The notes under the pieces were generated by a model. The model searched no databases, was not told the DNA's origin, and saw only the letters and a program-made list of their open reading frames with translations. Below, piece after piece: positions 18,232 through 28,045 of a stretch of 64,000 nucleotides of DNA (position 1 is the stretch's first letter; every line of letters begins with the position of its first letter). The position numbers and the translations under genes are program-made. This stretch comes from Pseudofulvimonas gallinarii (GTDB lineage: Bacteria; Pseudomonadota; Gammaproteobacteria; Xanthomonadales; UBA2363): contig NZ_SMAF01000006.1 in the NCBI RefSeq assembly GCF_004343305.1, positions 127,501 through 191,500 of the forward strand, written 5' to 3'.

Positions 18232-19949
18232 ACCTCTTCCGTCCGCTCCGGCACTTCGCCCTGCTGGCAGTCCTCTGTGCCGGTGCCGTCCATGCCGCGG
18301 GCGATGGCGCGCCGCAGGGATCACAGGCGACCGCCACGGCGGCCGTGCCCGGCAGGACGGCGATCGCCAGCGCGCACTTCCTGGCGACCGAGGCCGGCCA
18401 CGAGATCATCGCCGCCGGCGGCAACGCCTTCGACGCGGCGGTGGCGGTCGCCATGGCCCTGGCCGTGGTCGAACCGTCCAGCTCCGGTATCGGCGGCGGC
18501 GCGTTTTTCCTCCTGCATCGCGCCAGCGATGGCAAGGACGTGTTCGTCGACGCGCGCGAGGTCGCGCCGGCGGCGGTCAGCCGCGACTGGTATCTCGACG
18601 ACGCCGGCAATCCGGATCGTGACCGCAGCGTCAACGGTCCGCTCGCTGCCGGCATTCCCGGGCAGCCGGCCGGCCTGGTATGGCTGGCCGAACACTATGG
18701 CCGCCTGCCCTTGGCGAAGTCGTTGGCCCCGGCGATCAGGCTGGCGTCGGAAGGCTTCCCGGTCGATGAAAAATACCGCCAGCTGATCGGCATGCGCGTC
18801 GAGGCGCTGCGTCGCCATCCCGATGCCGCACGCCAGTTCCTTGTCGCCGGCGAGATGCCCGAGCTGGGCCACGTCATCGTCCAACCCGATCTGGCCAGGA
18901 CCATCGAGCGCCTCGCCGAGCGCGGTTTCGACGGTTTCTACAAGGGCACCACCGCGCGTCGCCTCGTGACCGGCGTCAACGAGGCCGGCGGCAGCTGGAC
19001 GCTCGACGACCTGTCGAACTACCGCGTCAAGGAGCGCGAGCCGATCCGCCTGCGCTACCGCGACCACGAGATCGTCACCTCGCCGCCGTCCTCGTCGGGC
19101 GGCGTCGTCATCGCCCAGATCCTCAACATCCTCTCGGTGTGGGACCTGAAGAAGATGACGGCGGTGCAGCGCGTGCACCTGGTCGTCGAGGCCATGCGTC
19201 GCGGCTACCGGGATCGCGGCATCTACCTGGGCGACCCGGATTTTGTCGAGATGCCGCTGGCGATGCTGCTCAGCCCCGACTACGCCGCCGGCCTGCGCGC
19301 CTCGATCCGCCTCGACCAGGCGACGCCGAGCTCCATGCTGCCCGGCAGCGACAACGCGCCGCGTGGCACCGACACCACGCATTTCTCCATCATCGACGCC
19401 GACGGCAACATGGTGTCGGCGACGTTGAGCGTTAACCTGCCATATGGTTCCGCTTTCGTGCCACCGGGTACCGGCGTGCTGCTCAACAACGAGATGGACG
19501 ATTTCGCGCTGGTCGCCGATGCGCCGAACGCCTATGGCCTGATCGGTCGCGAGGCCAACGCCCCGGCCGCCGGCAAGCGCATGCTGTCGTCGATGACGCC
19601 GACCTTCGTGCGTGGCCCGGACCGCACGCTGGTGATCGGCACGCCCGGCGGCAGCCGCATCATCACCATGGTTCTGCTGGGTGTCCTGGAATTCATCGAC
19701 GGCGCCGATGCCAAGGGCATCGTCGGCACGCGCCGCATCCACCACCAGTACCTGCCCGACGTGATCTCGGCCGAACCGGATGCGCTGGCCACGGAAACCG
19801 TGCACGCGCTGGAGGCGATGGGCCACACCGTCGATGCCGGTCGGCGCGAGTGGGGCAACATGCACGTGGCGATCTGGAACCGCGCCAGTGGCGAGCTCGA
19901 GGCGGCCTCGGACCCGCGCAGCGAATCCGGTCGCGCCATCGTCCGCTGA
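18228..19949 (+). CDS. ggt: gamma-glutamyltranspeptidase
   Basis: Start MNLFRPLRHFALLAVLCAGAVHA (signal) overlaps the yfhL stop (ATGA). Catalytic Thr region TTHFSIIDADGNMVS and GGSRIIT. Confidence 0.9.
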   Translation: MNLFRPLRHFALLAVLCAGAVHAAGDGAPQGSQATATAAVPGRTAIASAHFLATEAGHEIIAAGGNAFDAAVAVAMALAVVEPSSSGIGGGAFFLLHRASDGKDVFVDAREVAPAAVSRDWYLDDAGNPDRDRSVNGPLAAGIPGQPAGLVWLAEHYGRLPLAKSLAPAIRLASEGFPVDEKYRQLIGMRVEALRRHPDAARQFLVAGEMPELGHVIVQPDLARTIERLAERGFDGFYKGTTARRLVTGVNEAGGSWTLDDLSNYRVKEREPIRLRYRDHEIVTSPPSSSGGVVIAQILNILSVWDLKKMTAVQRVHLVVEAMRRGYRDRGIYLGDPDFVEMPLAMLLSPDYAAGLRASIRLDQATPSSMLPGSDNAPRGTDTTHFSIIDADGNMVSATLSVNLPYGSAFVPPGTGVLLNNEMDDFALVADAPNAYGLIGREANAPAAGKRMLSSMTPTFVRGPDRTLVIGTPGGSRIITMVLLGVLEFIDGADAKGIVGTRRIHHQYLPDVISAEPDALATETVHALEAMGHTVDAGRREWGNMHVAIWNRASGELEAASDPRSESGRAIVR

Positions 19950-20042
19950 CGAGGCGCCGGCCGCGTCCGCGCAAGGCGGCCGCGGCCGGCGACGACAACC
20001 GCGGCTGCCAGCGGCTAGCATAGGCGGCATCCACCATCAGGG

Positions 20043-21275
20043 ATGCCGCACATGAAGGACCAAGGCGAATGGCTGAAGCAGCTCGGCGAGCTGCAGCAGC
20101 AGTACTGGAACGGCTGGCGTGAAATGAGCAGTCAGGCCATGGGTGCCGCACCGGCGCCCGCGACGCCGTGGCAGGACGGCATGGAGGGCTGGGCACGCGC
20201 CATGGGCCTGCGCCCGCAGATGCCGGCCAACCCGTTCTTCCCGTTTGCCGCCAATGCCTTCGCACCGGCGGATCCGCTTGAGCGCATGCTCGAGCAGGGC
20301 AAGCGCTATCTCGGCGTCCTGCAGGGCATGATGACCGGCGACGCCTTCGGCTCGATGCAGGGCGACTTCGATCCCCGCGCCTGGCTGGAACAGATGCGCG
20401 ACACGCACGAGCGCATCGGGCAAGACCTGCTCGGCAAGATGGAGCCGATGCCGTGGTTCACCGGCCTGCAGGCGGCGCAGGTCGAGCAGCTGGTGAAGAC
20501 ATTCACTGGCATGCCGGCACGGGGCATGAAGGAAGAGCTGCAGTCCTGGCTTGCGACGCCGGCCTTCGGCCTGAACCGCGAACACCAGGAGCGGGTGCAG
20601 GCGCTGGCCAGCGCGTGGCTCGACTACCTTGAAGCGCAGAAGCGTTACGACGCCCTGATGATGGAGTCGGCACGGCGCACCTTCGACATCCTCGAAGGCA
20701 GGTTCGCCGGCGGCGAAGAGCCTGGCCGCCAGATCGAAACCGCGCGCGCGCTGTACGACCTGTGGATCGACGCCGCCGAGGAAGCCTTCGGAGAGGTGGC
20801 GATGAGCGCCGAGTACCGCGACGTCTACGGCGAGCTGGTGAACACGCAGATGCGCGTGCGCGCCGGCATCAACCGCGAGATCGAGCGCATCGGCGAGATG
20901 TTCGGCCTGCCGACGCGGACAGAAGTCGATTCGCTGGCACGCCAGCTGCATGAACTGCGTCGCGAACTGCGTCGTAGTGGCCGAACGGCCGGCGCTGCCG
21001 GCGAGAATCCGGCGAAGGCAGCCCCGGCGTCCGGCAAGCCGGCGGCGCGTCAGCCACGCAAGGCGAAGCCGCGCGCCGCAGCCGGCAAGTCGGCACAGCT
21101 GGTTGCCGCTCCGCCGACCCCGGTCGCGACGCGGGCCGCCAATGCCGCGCGCCGTCCGGCAGCCCGGAAGCAGGCAGGGACGGCCAAGGGCACGGCCAAA
21201 TCGCCGGCCGCATCGACCGCCGGCGTGACGCCGGTCATCCAGAACACCGCCGCGCGCACGCGCAAGCGAGGCTGA
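20043..21275 (+). CDS. phaE: class III PHA synthase subunit PhaE
   Basis: Characteristic PhaE N-terminus: EWLKQLGELQQQYWNGWREM...WQDGMEGWARAMG, plus a coiled-coil and a basic Ala-rich tail. Immediately upstream of phaC. Confidence 0.65.
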   Translation: MPHMKDQGEWLKQLGELQQQYWNGWREMSSQAMGAAPAPATPWQDGMEGWARAMGLRPQMPANPFFPFAANAFAPADPLERMLEQGKRYLGVLQGMMTGDAFGSMQGDFDPRAWLEQMRDTHERIGQDLLGKMEPMPWFTGLQAAQVEQLVKTFTGMPARGMKEELQSWLATPAFGLNREHQERVQALASAWLDYLEAQKRYDALMMESARRTFDILEGRFAGGEEPGRQIETARALYDLWIDAAEEAFGEVAMSAEYRDVYGELVNTQMRVRAGINREIERIGEMFGLPTRTEVDSLARQLHELRRELRRSGRTAGAAGENPAKAAPASGKPAARQPRKAKPRAAAGKSAQLVAAPPTPVATRAANAARRPAARKQAGTAKGTAKSPAASTAGVTPVIQNTAARTRKRG

Positions 21276-21279
21276 CACC

Positions 21280-22350
21280 ATGACGACAGCCATCAAGTTC
21301 GATCCCAAGGCCGTGGTCGAGGAAGCGCTGCGCTTCAACCAGAAGATCGCCGCCGGCCTGAAGACGCTGCGTTCCGTACCCGACGTCGACTTCGGCTGCA
21401 CCGATAAGGAAGAGATCTACCGCGAAGGGAAGACCGTCCTGTACCGCTTCAAGGGCGAGGGCAAGCCGACGGCGCGGGTGCCGATCCTCATCGTCTACGC
21501 ATTGGTCAACCGCCCCTACATGGTCGACCTGCAGGAAGACCGCTCCCTGGTTCGCAACCTCCTGGCGCGCGGCGAGGACGTCTACCTGATCGACTGGGGC
21601 TATCCGGACCGTTCCGACCGCTGGCTGACCCTGGACGACTACATCAACGGCTACATCCACAACTGCGTCGGGGCGATCTGCGAGCGCCATGGCCTGCCGG
21701 CCATCAACGTGCTGGGCATCTGCCAGGGCGGCGCCTTTTCGATCTGCTACAGCGCGCTGCATCCGGAGCGCGTGCGGAACCTCATCACCATGGTGACGCC
21801 GGTGGATTTCCACACCGACGACAACATGCTGTCGCACTGGACGCGGTCGATGGACGTCGACCTGTTCGTCGACACGCTGGGCAACGTCCCGGCCGACCTG
21901 ATGAACTACTGCTACCTGATGCTCAAGCCCTACCGGCTGAACTTCCAGAAGTACGTCGGTCTGGCCGACATCCTCGACGACGAGCACGAGCTTGAGAACT
22001 TCCTGCGCATGGAGAAGTGGATCTTCGATTCGCCCGACCTTGCCGGCGAGACCTTCCGCCAGTTCATCAAGGATTTCTACCACGGCAACAAGCTGGTGCA
22101 GGGCGGCCTGCAGATCGGCGGCGAGGACGTCGATCCGCTGCGCATCACCATGCCGGTGCTGAACATCTTCGCCGAGCAGGACCACCTGGTGCCGCCGAGC
22201 GCCTCGCGCCCGCTGGGCGGGATCATCGGCACCGACGACTACACCGAGCTGGCCTTCCGTGGCGGCCACATCGGCATCTACGTGTCCTCGCGTGCGCAGC
22301 GCGAAGTGCCTTCCGCCATCCACGACTGGCTGGCCAGGCGCAACCGCTGA
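21280..22350 (+). CDS. phaC: class III poly(R)-hydroxyalkanoate synthase subunit PhaC
   Basis: 356 aa, the short class III size. Lipase box GICQGGAF, the class III variant G-x-C-x-G-G. Confidence 0.85.
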   Translation: MTTAIKFDPKAVVEEALRFNQKIAAGLKTLRSVPDVDFGCTDKEEIYREGKTVLYRFKGEGKPTARVPILIVYALVNRPYMVDLQEDRSLVRNLLARGEDVYLIDWGYPDRSDRWLTLDDYINGYIHNCVGAICERHGLPAINVLGICQGGAFSICYSALHPERVRNLITMVTPVDFHTDDNMLSHWTRSMDVDLFVDTLGNVPADLMNYCYLMLKPYRLNFQKYVGLADILDDEHELENFLRMEKWIFDSPDLAGETFRQFIKDFYHGNKLVQGGLQIGGEDVDPLRITMPVLNIFAEQDHLVPPSASRPLGGIIGTDDYTELAFRGGHIGIYVSSRAQREVPSAIHDWLARRNR

Positions 22351-22384
22351 CGCGGATGGCGCAAGGCGTTTCGCCGCAATGAAT

Positions 22385-22425
22385 AAAGGCCGGTTTCCCG
22401 CGACGGATACCGGCCTTTCTTTTTC
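22385..22425 (+). terminator. rho-independent terminator after phaC
   Basis: AAAGGCCGG - 17-nt loop - CCGGCCTTT, followed by CTTTTTCC. Confidence 0.5.
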
Positions 22426-22507
22426 CAGCGGACGGCGCCTCGACCGCGACGCCGTACCGGTTGGCGCGGCGGGCCGCCGTCACTGGCGCGCCCCGCGTCG
22501 CGTGGCC

Positions 22508-23125
22508 TCAGGCCAGCCCTTCGGCGGCCAGCGCCTTGCGCACCGCTTCGTCGGATTCCATGCGCGCGCTGAAGCCGGCGAGGTTGTCCAGGCCCGACAG
22601 GTCCACGCCGACGCCCTTGGCCCAGCGCAGCATGACGTAGAGATACGGATCGACATAGCTGCGCTGGTCGTTCGCCAGCCACCGGTGGTCGGCCAGGTGC
22701 GCATCGATGCCCTTGAGCAGCGCGCGGACGTTCGTGCGTGCGGCATCCTTGACCGCATCGTGCTGGCTTTCGTCGGCAATGTACTTGGCGGGCGCGAAGA
22801 TCGGCACGAAGGCCTTGTGCAGGTCGGCATTGAGCAGGCCCATCCAGCGGTTCACTTCGGCGCGGCTGCGCGCCGTGCCGTCACCGGCCAGCCCCGCCTG
22901 CGGGTACGTGTCGGCCAGGTAGGCCATGATGGCGGCGTTCTGCGTCAGCACCCAGCCGTCTCCGTCGGCAAACGCGGGCACGGCACCGGCCGGGTTGATG
23001 GCCAGGAATTCCGGCGACTTCAGCTGGTCGCGCGGCACCTTGACGGCTTCATAGGGCTGGCCGATCCACTCGAGCACGATATGCGTCGCGAGTGAACACG
23101 CACCGGGCATGTAGTACAGCTTCAT
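22508..23125 (-). CDS. glutathione S-transferase (beta/GstA-like)
   Basis: MKLYYMPGACSLATHIVLEW...INPAGAVP is a GST N-terminal thioredoxin fold; all-helical C-domain. Confidence 0.8.
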   Translation of the reverse strand: MKLYYMPGACSLATHIVLEWIGQPYEAVKVPRDQLKSPEFLAINPAGAVPAFADGDGWVLTQNAAIMAYLADTYPQAGLAGDGTARSRAEVNRWMGLLNADLHKAFVPIFAPAKYIADESQHDAVKDAARTNVRALLKGIDAHLADHRWLANDQRSYVDPYLYVMLRWAKGVGVDLSGLDNLAGFSARMESDEAVRKALAAEGLA

Positions 23126-23174
23126 GGGAGGTCCTCGGATTGCGGGTGGAAAACCAGGGCCGGGCGACGACGCC

Positions 23175-24368
23175 TCAGGCGACGGCGCAGACCAGACCCT
23201 TTAGATAGGCGGTTTCGACGATGGCCGGGTGCAGCGGATGGTCCGGACCCTGCTGCAGCCGCGCGAGCACCGAGGCATTGCGTCCGGCGCGCGAGGTCGC
23301 CTCGTGGACGACATGCATCAGCTCCGGCTCGGGCAGGTGGTGCGAACACGAGCAGGTGACCAGCAGGCCGCCGGGCGCGAGCATGCGCAGGGCCTGCTGG
23401 TTGAGCCGCTTGTAGGCGACCAGGCCAGCGGCGTGGTCCTTGCGCCGCTTGATGAAGGCCGGCGGGTCCAGGACGATGACATCGAACTGCTCGCCGTCCT
23501 CGCGCAGCGCCTTCAGCGCGTCGAAGGCATCGGCATGCAGGGTGTCGACCTTGCCGGACAGGTCGTTGAGCGCGGCATTCGCCTCGATACCCTCGCAGGC
23601 CGGCAGCGAGGAATCAACGCAGACCACGCGTTCGGCGAAGGTGGCGGCGGCACGCAGGCCCCAGCCACCGAGATAGGAGAACACGTCGAGCACGCGGGCA
23701 CCGCTGCCGTAGCGCGCGAACAGGTCGCGGTTGCCGCGCTGGTCGTAGAACCAGCCGGTTTTCTGGGCATGCGCGAAATCGATGCGGAAGCGCAGGTCTC
23801 CTTCGCGTGCCTCGATGGTTCCAGGTACCTCGCCGATGCCGGCCTCGACGTACTCGGGCAGCTTCTCCATCGCACGCGAACCGCCAGTGTTGCGCCAGAC
23901 CAGGTTTTCCGGCGCCAGCACCTCCGCGACAGCCTGTTCGACCAGCGGCCGCAGCGCTTCCATGCCCGCGGTGGCGATCTGTCCGACCAGCGTCGAGCCA
24001 TAGCGGTCGATCACCAGGCCCGGCAGCCCATCGCTTTCGCCGAACACCAGCCGGTAGTAGGGCTGGTCGTACATCCGTTCGCGCAGCGCCAGCGCCGCGC
24101 GCAGGCGCTTGGCGACCAGGTAGGCATCGACGGTCGTGCCGGTATCGCGGGTGAGCAGGCGCACGGTGATGAGGCTGTGCGGATTGATGTAGCCGATGCC
24201 GATCAGCATGTCGCGGGCATCATGCACGCGCACGAGCTGCCCGGGTTCGAAGCCGGCGAGTGGCGTTGCGGCGGTATCGATCTGGTTGCTGTAGATCCAC
24301 GGATGACCGTGGCGCAGGCGCCGGTCCTCGCCTTTTTTCAGGCGCAGCGGGGGCAGGGTGGCGGTCAT
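23175..24368 (-). CDS. rlmI: 23S rRNA (cytosine1962-C5)-methyltransferase RlmI-like SAM-dependent methyltransferase
   Basis: Track ORF 23175..24680(-). Start MTATLPPLRLKKGEDRRLRHGHPWIYSNQI (PUA/EVE-like N-terminus); SAM motif VLDVFSYLGGWG; DPPAF. Confidence 0.75.
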   Translation of the reverse strand: MTATLPPLRLKKGEDRRLRHGHPWIYSNQIDTAATPLAGFEPGQLVRVHDARDMLIGIGYINPHSLITVRLLTRDTGTTVDAYLVAKRLRAALALRERMYDQPYYRLVFGESDGLPGLVIDRYGSTLVGQIATAGMEALRPLVEQAVAEVLAPENLVWRNTGGSRAMEKLPEYVEAGIGEVPGTIEAREGDLRFRIDFAHAQKTGWFYDQRGNRDLFARYGSGARVLDVFSYLGGWGLRAAATFAERVVCVDSSLPACEGIEANAALNDLSGKVDTLHADAFDALKALREDGEQFDVIVLDPPAFIKRRKDHAAGLVAYKRLNQQALRMLAPGGLLVTCSCSHHLPEPELMHVVHEATSRAGRNASVLARLQQGPDHPLHPAIVETAYLKGLVCAVA

Positions 24369-24513
24369 GGCGGATTCCTTTGGCAACGGAATAGCGTAGC
24401 CGATCGCTGTCGCCGCCGATGAATGCCGGCCATCGCCGGCCGTGGATTTCCGTGATCGACCATGGAATCCCGCGATGGAACTGGACGCTGCCGGCCATTC
24501 CGCCTGCCGGGGG

Positions 24514-26655
24514 TCAGAACCAGGCCCGAATTCCGGCGGCGAGGCTGCGACCGGGGCGCGGCGCGACATCCTTGAGGAAGGACGTATGCACGCGGATGTC
24601 CTCGTCCAGCAGGTTGCGTCCCTGCAGGAACAGCTCCACCTCGCGCGCCTGCCACTCGAACGACCAGCTGGCATCGGCATCGAGCTGCGTGTATCCCGGC
24701 GTCGGCGTTTCGTGCTCGGCGACGCGATCCTGCCTGCGGTAGCGCAGGGCGGTAACGCCGGCGCGCCAGCCGCCGTGTGACCAGTCCAGGCCGGTACCGA
24801 CGCGCGCCGGCGCGATGCGCGGCAGGTTGCCGCCGGCGTCGAGTTCCGCGCGCACGGTATCCGCCATCACGCGCAGGGTGTAGCGGCCGCTGCCGTGCTC
24901 GGCCAGCTTCAGTCGCGCCTCGATCTCGCCGCCGCGGAAGGTCGCGTCATGCTGGCGCCAGAACAGCACGGGAAAGTCATCTTCATGGCCGCCGTGCGCG
25001 TGCGCGGCCTCGTCGTCGTGGCGCAGGTAGGTGAAGCGGTCGAAGCGGTTGCGCCACGCAGCGATACGCATGTCCCACCGGTCGCCGTGGTAGTGCAGGC
25101 CCAGTTCAACCTGCCTGGATGTCTCCACGCCCAGCGAGGCATCGCCCACCTCATGCGATGCGGTCGCCACGTGCACGCCGTCGGAATACAGCTCTTCCGC
25201 CGTCGGCGCGCGCTGGGCGCGATCCATGCCCAGGCGCATGTGCCAGTGGTCGCTGATCCGCCATTCCGTCGCCAGCGACGCGCTCAGGGCATGGAACCGT
25301 CGTGCCGGCATTCCGGCCTGCGGCTCGACATGGACGCGGTCATGGCGTGCACCGATTTCCAGCTTCAGGCGCTCCCAGTGCCGGCGCTCCAGCAGGAACA
25401 GTCCGAGGTCACGGGTGACGCTCGGTGGAACGAAGGCCTCTTCGCCTTCAGCGGTGAAATCGCGACGGCTGGCCTGCAGGCCCCAGGCGCCATGCCAGTC
25501 CGCCAGCGGCGCATGCACCAGTTCGATCCGGCCCTCGTGGCCCTCGTTGTGGAAGTGCGTGCCGGCGATGCCGTCCTCGAACTCGGTATGGGCGTAGCGG
25601 GCGTGTCCCAGGCGCAGTCTCAGTGTTTCGTGCCCTGGCAGCGGATCGTCGAGTCCGGCCTTGGCATCGATACGGGTCTGGCGCAGGTCGATGGCGACGC
25701 CTTGGTCGTGTCCGTTGTCGTGGGCGGCGGAAAGGTTCATCGGGGACAGCGCCCGGTGATCGTGGTGGTCGTCGCCGTGGTCGTGCGAATGACCGGGCAC
25801 GCCGTAGCGGCTTTCATGGCGGCTGACGGCGATGCCGGCAAACCCGCGCGCCGTGGCATGGCTGGCGCCGATGGCGCCACCGCGCGTGCGCGTCGCGCTG
25901 TGCGGAAGGACGCCCTCGTCATGATCGTGGCCGCCGGCGTGGTCACCGGCGTGTCCGTGGTCGTGCCTGTCCGCGGAGCGTCCCGCAGGTCCCGGGATCG
26001 CGTAGTCCCCGGTTTCGCGATGATAGGCATCGGCGTGCAGGACCAGGTGGCCGTGGCCGGCATCGATCCGCACTGCGCCGGCGCGCTCGTCCGCGACGTC
26101 ATTGCCGCGCAGTTCGACACGGCCGCGCGTGCCCTCGAACGCGTGTTCGTGGATCCGGCCGTCAACGACGTTGACCGCGCCACCGACGGCCCCGGAACCG
26201 AACAGCAACGTCGCCGGCCCCTTGAGCACCTCGATCTGGTCGGCGAGGAAGGGCTCGATGGTGACCGCGTGGTCGACGCTGACCGTCGAGGCATCCATGG
26301 CAGCCAGCCCTTCGCCCAGCACCTGCACGCGGGCGCCATCCAGCCCGCGTATCACCGGGCGGCCGACGCCGGCGCCGAAGAAACTCGACTGCACGCCGGG
26401 AAGCTGCCCGACCGATTCGCCCAGCGTCGCCGCGCGGCTGTCGTCCAGGCCGGTGCCCGACAACACTTCCGTCGGCCGGGTGATGTCGTCCGGAGCCTGC
26501 CGGATCGGCGTTGCGGTCACCACCACTTCGTCCAGTTCGCGGGCGTGGTCATGCGCGTGGCCGTGGGCGTGGCCCTGTTCGCCGGCCCTTGCCGGGGTCG
26601 CGGCCAGCCAAGGCAGGACGCTGCAGAGGAGAAGGCAGGGTCTGGCGATACGCAT
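24514..26655 (-). CDS. TonB-dependent outer-membrane receptor with His-rich segments (ZnuD-like, putative zinc/metal-regulated)
   Basis: Signal MRIARPCLLLCSVLPWLAATPARA, then GEQGHAHGHAHDHA, then TonB box DEVVVTATP. His-rich loops HDHGHAGDHAGGHDHDEG and HSHDHGDDHHDHR. C-terminal F (AGIRAWF). Confidence 0.85.
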   Translation of the reverse strand: MRIARPCLLLCSVLPWLAATPARAGEQGHAHGHAHDHARELDEVVVTATPIRQAPDDITRPTEVLSGTGLDDSRAATLGESVGQLPGVQSSFFGAGVGRPVIRGLDGARVQVLGEGLAAMDASTVSVDHAVTIEPFLADQIEVLKGPATLLFGSGAVGGAVNVVDGRIHEHAFEGTRGRVELRGNDVADERAGAVRIDAGHGHLVLHADAYHRETGDYAIPGPAGRSADRHDHGHAGDHAGGHDHDEGVLPHSATRTRGGAIGASHATARGFAGIAVSRHESRYGVPGHSHDHGDDHHDHRALSPMNLSAAHDNGHDQGVAIDLRQTRIDAKAGLDDPLPGHETLRLRLGHARYAHTEFEDGIAGTHFHNEGHEGRIELVHAPLADWHGAWGLQASRRDFTAEGEEAFVPPSVTRDLGLFLLERRHWERLKLEIGARHDRVHVEPQAGMPARRFHALSASLATEWRISDHWHMRLGMDRAQRAPTAEELYSDGVHVATASHEVGDASLGVETSRQVELGLHYHGDRWDMRIAAWRNRFDRFTYLRHDDEAAHAHGGHEDDFPVLFWRQHDATFRGGEIEARLKLAEHGSGRYTLRVMADTVRAELDAGGNLPRIAPARVGTGLDWSHGGWRAGVTALRYRRQDRVAEHETPTPGYTQLDADASWSFEWQAREVELFLQGRNLLDEDIRVHTSFLKDVAPRPGRSLAAGIRAWF

Positions 26656-26681
26656 GCGGTCGGCTCTCGTCGAATATAGAC

Positions 26682-26694
26682 GTTATATCATAAC
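26682..26694. promoter_or_regulatory. Zur-box-like inverted repeat, 27 bp upstream of the TBDR start
   Basis: GTTATATCATAAC, 5-3-5 inverted repeat GTTAT/ATAAC. One mismatch to the gammaproteobacterial Zur core GTTATAwTATAAC. Confidence 0.35.
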
Positions 26695-26855
26695 CAAATC
26701 GACGGCCCGGAATGCACTCCCTTGGGCCTCGTGCGGCACATCGGCACCCGGCTGCACGGAGATGTTCCCGGAGGCAAAAAAAGCGGGCGCTGGGCGCCCG
26801 CAATGAGGGTGGACTGGCCGGGGGAGGACGGCCGTCCGGGGACGAACGACGGGGA

Positions 26856-27104
26856 TTACTCCTCGTCGCGCTGCTTGGAGCTGGTATAGACATCGAATTC
26901 GGACTGGCTCAGGCGGCCGTCGGCATCGGTGTCGTAGGTGGAGAAGTTCGCCGCCAGGGCGTGGTCGGCCGGAATCTCGTCGCGGGAAACGTAACCATCG
27001 TTGTTCGCGTCCAGCGACTGGAAGCTGCGGCCGTCGTCGGCCAGCGCAAACGTCGAGAAGCCGAAGGCAACGGCGGCGACTGCGATCAGGGGGGTCTTGG
27101 TCAT
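26856..27104 (-). CDS. small secreted EF-hand calcium-binding protein (82 aa)
   Basis: Signal MTKTPLIAVAAVAFGFSTFALA. Two canonical 12-residue EF loops: DANNDGYVSRDE and DTDADGRLSQSE. Confidence 0.6.
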   Translation of the reverse strand: MTKTPLIAVAAVAFGFSTFALADDGRSFQSLDANNDGYVSRDEIPADHALAANFSTYDTDADGRLSQSEFDVYTSSKQRDEE

Positions 27105-27268
27105 GGTCGTGCTCCTTGACTAAGTGGGACGCGGGAAGTGAAGCGCGAGTGCCATTACGCACGAGGCGTGCCAATCGAAGAATCAATGATTTGGGCCGCG
27201 CGGGCGCCGGGATGCCCAAGCACGCTGCACGAACCGTGCAAGGTCTCCGTGCAAAAGGAGCGACCCAG

Positions 27269-28045
27269 CTAGGTCGATGGGGGCCTCGCCGCCCACACGG
27301 GGCCAATGACCGCTTCGGGTACGCCATACAGCGCCGCCAGGTTGGCCACCGTCAGCGTCGGCTCCGGCGGCCCTTCGGCAAGGACGCGACCCTGGGCGAG
27401 CAACAGCACGCGATCGGCGACGCGCAACGCGTGTTCGGGCTGGTGCGTGGACATCAGCACCGCCAGGCCGAGGCCGCGCAGGCGGTCGACGTGTTCGAGC
27501 ACGCGCAGCTGGTTGCCGAAATCCAGGCTCGCAGTCGGCTCGTCCATGACCAGGATCGACGGCTCCTGCGCCAGCGCGCGCGCGATCAGCACCAGCTGGC
27601 GTTCGCCACCACTGAGCGTGGTGTAGACGCGCGACGCGAGATGGGCGACGCCCAGGGTGGCCAGGCACTGCATCGCCATGTCCCGGTCATGCCGTGACGG
27701 GGTCGAGAACAGGCCGACACGCGACGCACGCCCCATCAGCACGATGTCTTCGGCACTGAAGGCGAACTGCACCTCGTGGGCCTGCGGAACGTGGCCGACA
27801 TGGCGGGCGAACGCCGCGCGCGACCAGCGCGCCGGTGCCACGCCGAGCAGCTCGACGCGGCCTGCCCGTGGCGGCAGCAGGCCGAGCAGCGTCCGCAACA
27901 GCGTGGTCTTGCCGCTGCCATTGGGTCCAAGGAGGCACACCACCTCGCCGCGTGACAGCGCCAGGTCGATGCCATGGAGCACGGTGTGCCCGGCGTAGCC
28001 CGCCTCCAGTTCCAGCAACCTGAGCAGGGGTTCTCCAGACATCAA
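27269..28045 (-). CDS. ABC transporter ATP-binding protein (FecE/BtuD/HmuV type)
   Basis: Walker A GPNGSGKTT, signature LSGGERQ, Walker B LVMDEPT. Confidence 0.85.
   Translation of the reverse strand: MMSGEPLLRLLELEAGYAGHTVLHGIDLALSRGEVVCLLGPNGSGKTTLLRTLLGLLPPRAGRVELLGVAPARWSRAAFARHVGHVPQAHEVQFAFSAEDIVLMGRASRVGLFSTPSRHDRDMAMQCLATLGVAHLASRVYTTLSGGERQLVLIARALAQEPSILVMDEPTASLDFGNQLRVLEHVDRLRGLGLAVLMSTHQPEHALRVADRVLLLAQGRVLAEGPPEPTLTVANLAALYGVPEAVIGPVWAARPPST

Noticed and set aside
18321-20030. 569-aa minus-strand ORF antisense to ggt, and similar long antisense ORFs: 14770-16105(+) 703 aa over ftsY/asmA; 24895-26679(+) over the TBDR; 37014-38978(+) over the antiporter; 42115-44370(-) over ftsH; 50369-52798(+) over rep; 58489-61314(+) 941 aa over flotillin/yqiJ
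   Set aside because: Translations are Arg/Ala/Gly/Pro-rich low-complexity strings typical of stop-codon-poor antisense frames in 68-70% GC DNA. The opposite strand in each case encodes a protein with clear family motifs.
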